From positions 8,680,001 through 8,744,000 of the forward strand of contig OZ024748.1 of assembly GCA_964016885.1 (NCBI GenBank): a stretch of 64,000 bases of DNA. Direction: 5' to 3'. This document shows positions 55,677 to 64,000 of this stretch, piece after piece (the first letter of the stretch is position 1; each line of letters opens with the position of its first letter). Made by a program: the position numbers and the translations under genes. Origin of the DNA: Eledone cirrhosa. Lineage: Eukaryota. A model generated the notes under the pieces. That model made no database searches, was not told where the DNA came from, and saw nothing but the letters and a program-made list of their open reading frames with translations.

Positions 55677-56382
55677 CATACATACATACATATATAGACG
55701 TGTAATTGCATTCATACATATGTAGTCACATATACATGCACAATTTTTTTTTCTTTTCTTACGGATGGAAGAGAAGAAATTTGTGGATGAGAACTTTGAA
55801 TGAGAGGACACTTCTAACAAAACGTCCATCTATATCTCTTTACTTTTGTTTCCTTCCTCACATTGAGCTAATATTCAAGGAATCGTTGAGCAAAAAAATA
55901 CTCAAATCCCACAGACAATAGAGAATTGTGCAGCGCCACAGTGTGAAGACGTCGAAACAAAATGCAGCGTTCTTCTATATTTGGGGAGAATTCAAAACAT
56001 TTTCGTTTTTAGTTTTTGTATTATCTTTTTTTTTTGTGTGTGTTTTATTTGTTATTTTTTTTTTGTATTTTGTTGTTGTTTTTTTTGCTTTTTGTATTCG
56101 CGAGTATGCACATTAGCAAATGTCCTATTCTCTTTTCTTCTAGACAACTCACACACATGCATCATGCATAGATTTTAGAATATTTATATCGGAATGCACA
56201 AACAGAGAATCACACAGAAACATACAGAAACACACACATGTACACACATATACACACAAACACACACATATACACACATATACACAGACAGACACATGGT
56301 GGTGTAAATATACACACATATACACAGACAGACATGGTGGTGTAAATATACAATGATATTCCAGATGTGTGTGTATTTTGCT

Positions 56383-56459
<77 letters not shown>

Positions 56460-56695
56460 TTATTTATTTATTTATCTATATTTATTGACATATACATGCA
56501 TATAAATGTATACACACAAACAGACACACCAACACACATATATGTGTATTGTATTTATCAATATATGTCTATTTTCTCTATGTGTCTCTCCATATGTATA
56601 CATATATGTCTATTGTATCTATATATATATAGTTTTCTCAGTTCAAGTTGCTAAGTCTATATGTCATATATATATTTATCCTCTTATCTTTGTAG

Positions 56696-56823
56696 TCAGT
56701 GGCTATTCTAAAAAAAACCCCTCGTACACTGACATTTCTGTAAGAGCTGCTGCACAGTATGCACTTGTTAATATGGTGTTGTGGGTTTTGGCATCGCTTT
56801 CCATATCAGCGATGACAACGTAA
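56696..56823 (+). CDS. Candidate terminal coding exon with GPI-signal-like tail (xSGYSKKNPSYTDISVRAAAQYALVNMVLWVLASLSISAMTT*)
   Basis: Strong acceptor ttatcctcttatctttgtag, phase-1 open frame to TAA; polar spacer then hydrophobic end. No homology recognised. Confidence 0.35.
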
Positions 56824-56926
56824 CTAGAGGATTTACAGATGCACGCATATTGCATATACATACACACACACATAAACAATCACACACATATATATATATA
56901 TATATATACATACATATTGATGTATG

Positions 56927-56971
<45 letters not shown>

Positions 56972-57076
56972 CAGTGTGTCTGTATGTATTTCTATCTTAC
57001 AATAGGCCCGACAGATATGCGACCTGAAAAATATAGAATAAAGTAAAATGACAGGAATTTATTCACTAAATATATA

Positions 57077-57169
57077 CAGTGTGTCCCCCAAAAATGTATA
57101 CATACTTCGACAGCATTCTAATAAATATTGCCATTGCAAAATGTGTATACATTTTTGGGGGACACCCTT
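57077..57169. mobile_element. Tc1/mariner-type MITE
   Basis: TA-flanked TIRs cagtgtgtcccccaaaaatgtataca / tgtatacatttttgggggacaccctt. Confidence 0.75.
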
Positions 57170-57254
57170 TATATATGGAAGAAGTGCTTTAGATTTCAAG
57201 ATCACCAGTTTGGAACAATAACTATCCAGAAGGTTATTTATATACATTTCTTAA

Positions 57255-57386
57255 GGGCGGGGGATTGGCAGAATTGGTAGAGCATCGGATAGCAAGCTCA
57301 GTGGCATAGAGTTACGGCCTTTTACGTTCTGAGTTCAAATCCCACCGAGATTAGTTTTCATCCTTTCGGCCTCGATAAAATAAAGT
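57255..57386 (+). mobile_element. 3'-truncated Nin-DC-like SINE
   Basis: Head and core present, tail missing. Confidence 0.8.
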
Positions 57387-57599
57387 ATATATATATATAT
57401 ATTAATATTGGTGCTCTGAAATAACGATGTATACATGAATGTATGTATATTATATTTGGCAATATACAGTATGTTTAATTTAAAACATTTAGAAGACCGT
57501 CCGCTATCAGTTTTAAAGTAGTGACTATGTCACTTCTTTTCGGCAAAGGCTGGGAGAGAAGCTGCCAGCTGTTTCTCGCTGCTTGGCGTTTATCAAAGC

Positions 57600-57693
<94 letters not shown>

Positions 57694-58289
57694 AAGGTTG
57701 ACGTACGCTGACTAAGATACTCTCATGGAATGACCAAATGAGGTTTATTTTTCAACATAGTCTATGTATGGAAAAGAAAATGCAGTTATTAATACGAAGA
57801 TTTGAAATTAATGCACGCAAGATTCCGCACCTCTATCATCACGCCTTCATAGTCAGCCTATAAACCTCTGTTTACCCCCCCCCCCCACACACACACTTTC
57901 GTATATTTAGTATTCACACTGAATGTACTCTTGTTGAGAAGAAGATTACCAGGAATTGCCACAAGACTGTCTCTATAAACATGTCATATGTCACTAATAC
58001 AATAACATAAAAAACTCTCCATCCTAAAGTACTCAATACTTTACTCTTTATGTAAATGTCATGTGTGTATACACTGCATTTCTGTCTACTTTTCGTTTCT
58101 ATTAACATTAAGAGTTTTCAATGTTTCTTCCTGTAATGGCTTAATCCAACTTTACATGCTGGCTATTAAAATGACAATATGATAAATGTTTTCCTTATTC
58201 TATTTTAATTAGGAATCAAAAGATCACCTCAGGGTATTTTGCTTGTGTAACTATCACACTCTCTATAAGAATTTGATCTATATATATAT

Positions 58290-58480
58290 AACAAAGGAAT
58301 TGTGGTAAGGAACCAGATGGACCATAACGCACCAGAGTACTCAATACTTAGGGTAGTAGAGTGGGAAATAGGAAAAAGTATGACCCCGACGGCAGAGCTC
58401 GAGCCGTTTCGACGGCTATTTCTGTCCAGAAATAGCCGTCGAAACGGCTTGAGCTCTGCCGTCGGAGTCATACTTTTTCC
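58290..58480 (-). mobile_element. Palindromic (TA)n-flanked element, near-identical to 42034-42223
   Basis: Hairpin 58371-58480 plus reverse-complement tail. Confidence 0.9.
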
Positions 58481-58875
58481 TATATATATATATTTGCTGA
58501 AAATTTAAAGTACGTGAGACTGTCACTACTCTAAAACAATAGCGTAAGGTCTTCGAAATGCTTTTAATTAAGCATACAGTGTATTGCAAAATACACTGTA
58601 CATACATTCATATATATATCGCTATTTCAGAGCATCAATTCTAATATATATATATAAGTGTGTGCTAATGTGGTCGCCAGAACGTTTCAACATATGTATA
58701 CATGATGTTGTACAGTAGACACCCATTCGTTTATGTGTATATTAATTGTACATTAAAGCTAACGAGTGAATATTATACATGGACAATAGATAAACCACCC
58801 ATTGAGTAGAGTTAGGTATCTAACAAATAACCTAGTGAGAGAAGGAGGGTTTTAAGGCACCACCCATGTAAACTC

Positions 58876-58963
58876 GCATATCTGAGGAGGTGTCGATTAA
58901 GAGTCGGGATCCGATCGCCTGATCAAACCCGAACTGATCGATATCGAAACAATTGTAATGTGC
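58876..58963 (+). ncRNA. Type I hammerhead ribozyme with extended stem II, followed by AATAAA
   Basis: Stem I gcatat/atgtgc; CTGAGGA; stem II ggtgtcgat/atcgatatc with inner tcggg/cccga; GAAAC-aatt-GTA; predicted cut after 58957; aataaa at 58964-58969. Confidence 0.85.
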
Positions 58964-59009
58964 AATAAAGTTTCATAATAAACTACAAATCTAACTTGCT
59001 ACTCTCTCG

Positions 59010-59058
<49 letters not shown>

Positions 59059-59570
59059 CGATTCTTACCTATTCTATAAGGTCCAGGTTAGTCTCCTACC
59101 TGTTTGTATTTATCGTTGCCAACAAAAACATTCGATATCGTATTTAATTTGACCTGTCTATTAAATACATCTAACACGTTTGAAGTGTTTATTCCGCGTT
59201 CATCAAATGATATTTTATAGTTTTACATTGTTGTATACCTTAGTATCCTATATTTGATCACTCTGCCCATGGTGTACCAGCAAGTCATCAAACTTTTAAA
59301 CTTATTTAGCTGCTGTTCAACATTTAGAAATTACCAAGTCAGCAAATGTATATCGTTTGAATTTGATTGTTTCTTTTGTCTTATATTTCGTGAGTTAAAC
59401 TATGCTAAGAAGTCATAAGACTTTACTTTATATAACTTTAAAACTCTCATACTCAAATTATATTTATTACTAAAACCGATAGATTCCATTTAATATGAAA
59501 TTAAGGCTTCATTATATTTATATAAATATAAAAGAAAATTATTTCACTCTACATGGCTGAATACAATAAA

Positions 59571-59767
59571 TGTAATCTGAGTTTTTCGAATATTAATAAT
59601 AACATTCGATTCGTTTGCAATTATGCAAACAAGCCTCAATTTTATAGCCATGTCAAGAGCAAGAATGAGGGGTTCATTCTACTGACATGGCTATAAAATT
59701 GAGGCTTGTTTGCATAATTGCAAACGAATCGAATGTTATTATTAATATTCGAAAAACTCAGATTACA
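59571..59767. repeat. Perfect inverted repeat, 85-bp arms, 27-bp spacer with an inner hairpin
   Basis: 59571-59655 vs 59683-59767; spacer contains agaatga/tcattct. Confidence 0.95.
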
Positions 59768-59963
59768 ATTATTATATATATATATATATATATATTAATA
59801 TCTTAAACTATGTTGAGATGATTTTAATTCAACCCCCCACCCCCACCCCATATATATATATATGGGAAGACGATCGACTTTCGTCAAATCGGACCGAGGG
59901 AACAATGTTTCCGTTGGTCTTTCCAATTGCTAATACTATCTATCGGTCGCAACTCCAGGTAGA

Positions 59964-60085
59964 AGGAACAACGTGAAATAAAGTGTCTTGCTCAAGGACA
60001 TAACGCATCGCCTGGTCCAGGAATCGAACTCACAACCTTACGATTGCGAATCCAATTCTCTAACCACTCAGCCACACGCCTTCAC
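59964..60085 (-). mobile_element. tRNA-headed SINE 5' part (second family)
   Basis: Minus strand tggctgagtgg A box, gagttcgattcc B box, then gtccttgagcaagacactttatttcacg. Confidence 0.85.
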
Positions 60086-60089
60086 ACGC

Positions 60090-60134
<45 letters not shown>

Positions 60135-60237
60135 CACATATATATACACATATATATATATACATATATATACATATATATATATATACATATATATACA
60201 TATATATATATATACATATATATACATATATATATAC

Positions 60238-60268
<31 letters not shown>

Positions 60269-60557
60269 CATATATATATACATATATATACATATATATA
60301 TATACATATATATATACATATATATATACATATATATACATATATATATACATATATATATACATATATATATACATATGTATACATATACATATATATA
60401 CATATATATATATATATACATATATATACAATCCAGAGTCTGGCCCGATCGATAGAGATCGAACCTTGAGTTGATCAATCGTGATACGCGCACCACATTA
60501 TTAAACTTAATGAAATGTTCACACTTCGTCCATACTGATATATATACATATATATAC

Positions 60558-60631
<74 letters not shown>

Positions 60632-60691
60632 TTTCTACGGAAATACTTAACACACACACGCACACACACATATATATATATATATATATAC

Positions 60692-60745
<54 letters not shown>

Positions 60746-61659
60746 TATGTTGACATTAGCTGTAACTATAGGACCATGACAGATGTAAAGTATTCATAAG
60801 TAATAAAGTAATCTCCAGAAATAGCAACATTCCAAGAGGTAAATTCCCAGGTGTCCACCTAACTTAACTAAATGTTTTGCTAACATTCTTTATGTTGTTG
60901 CTGTTGTTGTTCTCCTCCTTCTCCTTCTCTTTCTTCATCTTTTTATTTTTTTAAATTTTTATTTTCTTCTTTTTCTTTTTCTTCTTCTTTTCTTCTTATT
61001 CATTTTCATTTTCATTTTCTTCTTCTTCTTCTTCTTCTTCTTCTTCTTCTTCTTCTTCTATACCTGTGTGTGTGTGTGTGTGTGTGTGTACAGGTAAGTC
61101 ATGAACCAATTCAAAATAGCCACAATATTTGTAGCGAAAGAAACAAGCAAATAACTGATTCCAAATATAAGGGGGAAAAAAACAAAATTTGGTACAGACT
61201 GTGTCAGAGAATGGCTTACGGAAGTAATTACAGAGTGACATTATAGTCAGTGTGAAATAATTTCCTACATGTTTGTAATCTAAGAGTTTTAAAACCATTT
61301 TCTCAACTTATCCAATTTTCACCACAATAACCGGTTGTATCTTAGCTTAGTCTACGAAATCGTTTCAGCAATATGCACTCTGCACAGCTGGGAAAGTCAT
61401 GATCACAAGGAAGCGAGTTTTTTGACAAACTTTTATTTTCACTTCATACGGAATTTCAGACGAAAGCCAAAAAAAATAAAAAAAAAATTAATTTTAAAGC
61501 TCAGCATTCAATCTAACGCCATTATTATGAATATATGTTTTTCTTTCTCTCTTTATTTTCTATTCTTTTTTTTTTTCATTAAGGGGAAAAGAGGAAACTT
61601 TTTTTAGCTTTATTGATGTGTGGATGTTTTGCGAGGATCAATAGAACAGATCTGTAATG

Positions 61660-61694
<35 letters not shown>

Positions 61695-61828
61695 AACTCA
61701 CACACATCTACACCCCCCCCTATATATATATATGAACACAATCGTGCTTTACTCTAAAAAATGTTTTTGTTTCTTCCTCTTCTCACTCTCCTCTATCTTT
61801 CTATTTCTTCTTTTATTTCTCCTCTCTT

Positions 61829-61950
61829 CTGATGGACTATCACCGAAACGTTCGGACTCTTTTCCTACAATATCAAGCTGTCACCTAATATATATCTTCA
61901 TTGTACTGTCACACTTGCTGTCGTGTTTCCACAACATCTTACCAACTATA
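61829..61950 (+). mobile_element. Third copy of the Penelope-like pLTR fragment, hammerhead decayed
   Basis: ctgatgga...ccgaaacgtt followed by caagc..ctaatatatatcttcattgtactgtc, as in 22548 and 33190. Confidence 0.55.
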
Positions 61951-62116
61951 TTAAGGAACTAAATTGAATCAAACACATTTTGTAAATGTAAGCAAGTATC
62001 ATGTGTGAAGTTCAAATATTGGAACCTAAGCAGCGCAGAAGATGTAGGATGTTTTATATTTTCAAAGGCTGGTTGATTCAGTTCCTTGATTTAGATGGTA
62101 AAATGTTATCAGACGT

Positions 62117-62185
62117 CCCTTAGCTCAATGGTGAGAGCATTCGGTATCTGAGGGATATGGTGTTCGAATTTTCGTAGCAGCCGCT
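62117..62185 (+). other. tRNA-like Pol III cassette, degenerate
   Basis: tagctcaatgg A box, gttcgaat B box; no intact cloverleaf. Confidence 0.45.
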
Positions 62186-62404
62186 GTCAACATTATTTTC
62201 AGACTATAAGGGTATCTACCGGATTCCAATAAGCTACTTTATTGCAACTGACTATAATTTCAGTTATTCTCTGCGCTTGAGCAACCCTATTTCTTCTATG
62301 AATTCATTTCATCAGTGTTTCGTAAGTTCCATTGCTCCAGCTTCTTTGTTTATATATAAACCTTTAAGAAAAAGCAAAAATAAATGGTGCAATCCTCATA
62401 TATT

Positions 62405-62880
62405 AGTATCGGTAGAGCGTCGGACACCATGCTTTGCAGCATAGAGTTACGTCCCTTTACAGTCTCAGTTCATATCCCACCGAGATTAGCTTTGTCTTTC
62501 ATCCTTACGAGGTCGATAAATAAAGTACCAGTAATGCACTGGGGTCGATTTAGTCGATTTTCCCTCCTCTTGAAATTGCTGGCCTTGTGTCTAAAGTAGA
62601 ACCAATTATATAGCATTATATTCTACTAGAGGGCGGTGGATTGGCAGTATCGGTAGATGGTCGGACGCCATGTTTTCCAGCATAGTTACGTCCCTTTACG
62701 ATCTGAGTTCAAATCCCGCCGAGGTTGACTTTGCCTTTCATCCTTACGGGGTCGATAAAATAAAGTACCAGTAATGCACTGGGTAATTGCTGGCCTTGTG
62801 CCTAAAGTAGAAACAATTATATTCTACCAGTAATACACTGATTTAATTGCTGGCCTTGTGCCTAAAGTAGAACCAATTAT
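62405..62880 (+). mobile_element. SINE cluster: long-tail copy (62405-62608), short-tail copy (62630-62820), duplicated tail (62826-62880)
   Basis: Direct similarity to 44370 and 1844. Confidence 0.9.
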
Positions 62881-64000
62881 ATATTGCTGACATTCCGTGG
62901 TTTAATCGCAGGTCATTATTTCTGAGTGTCTCTAAGTATATATTTATTAAATATAAGGATATGATAATGTAATTGTATTTATTTCTAACCCGTTTAGCTG
63001 TGTTACTGCAGTTATTTATAGAAGCTGAAATATCCGACCTCCAAAAGATGTGTCAGTTATTAACTTGATTCATTACACTTAGAGGATTAACGCATTTAAC
63101 TAAAGCACGGATATTGCAACTCCTCAATACTTTTTCTCTAAAAGAATTACGTTACTTCTCCATCATGTATATGATATTCACATATACACGTCATATTCCA
63201 ACTGGGTTATTTATCGTATTTGGCTTAAGTCCTAACTTTTCTGTGTTATAATTCTGCCGAGGGCGACATCAATTTCCATCTCTATTGCGTAAGTTGGCCA
63301 CATACCAAGTAAAAACAAACACATATTGATGTCTCTAATATGAATTGAGGAAAATGTTTGAAAAATTGGAGCAATTGTTGATTATAACAATACATAATAA
63401 TATTTGTTATTAATATTACTTATATTATTATTATTGTATTTGTTATTATCAATATTATCATCATCATTGTCAACAATAGTATTACCACCGCCACCACCAC
63501 CACCACCACCACCACCACCACCACCACCACTACCTCCTCCACACATAACATCATTACTGTTAACATCATTATTATTATACTAGAGTCATTCCTCTCTTTA
63601 TCCTCACCCCCGCCAACAACTTCATTGCTTACCAAACTTACTATAGATAGTCTTCTCATACGAAAAAGAGACAGAAAGAGAAATGATAGCGAGGGAGAGA
63701 TTAGAACGAAAGAAAGAAGCATATAAAAAATTGTGTGAATGTGCATCAGAAAACGATGTATTGAAATGGTGTTTTTTATATCTGTGAAGCTGAAAACATT
63801 GCGTGTGTTCGAAGATGACTTCCAAATCGTGACACTGTTACAATATCACAAAATTCGTTAAGATATCAAACAAATTGAACATTTCTTTTGTCGAACGAAA
63901 GTAAACAAAGAACAGTTAAACATTTTTCTATAAGCTCGACAACTCTAAATAGTATCCGTGCATCTCTCGTGCATTCCTTCAATTGAAACCACGAGACAGG

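Noticed and set aside
55868-56000. Cys-containing plus frame (TIENCAAPQCEDVETKC)
   Set aside because: Atypical acceptor, no donor, runs into T-rich low complexity.

Overview
AT-rich, microsatellite-saturated animal genomic DNA. The SINE families resemble those I recall from Octopus, so a coleoid cephalopod origin is inferred, not verified. Nearly all ORFs in the track are artefacts of (TA)n, (CA)n, (GA)n, (TATC)n and (ACC/AAC)n tracts. Recognisable content: (1) about 15 copies of a tRNA-headed SINE with a Nin-DC-like core, including an in-situ tandem trimer; (2) fragments of other SINE families; (3) a 2-kb CAC...GTG DNA transposon with a frameshifted Chapaev3-like (RAG1/Transib-related) transposase at 37448-39439; (4) a decayed R4/Dong-like LINE at about 51.8-53.5 kb; (5) an RTE insertion with twin-priming-type inversion and a TSD at 17444-17812; (6) two Tc1/mariner-type MITEs; (7) many minisatellites. 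The most striking unexplained layer is a set of short, usually (TA)n-flanked elements that carry type I hammerhead ribozyme motifs (two look near-intact, at 58876-58963 and 51671-51720) and/or long fold-back inverted repeats. These are consistent with Penelope-like pLTR/retrozyme derivatives, and include a mobile palindrome apparently built from half a hammerhead. There is also a duplicated pair of convergent tRNA-like Pol III cassettes. No host gene is securely identified; two candidate terminal exons with GPI-signal-like tails are flagged at low confidence.
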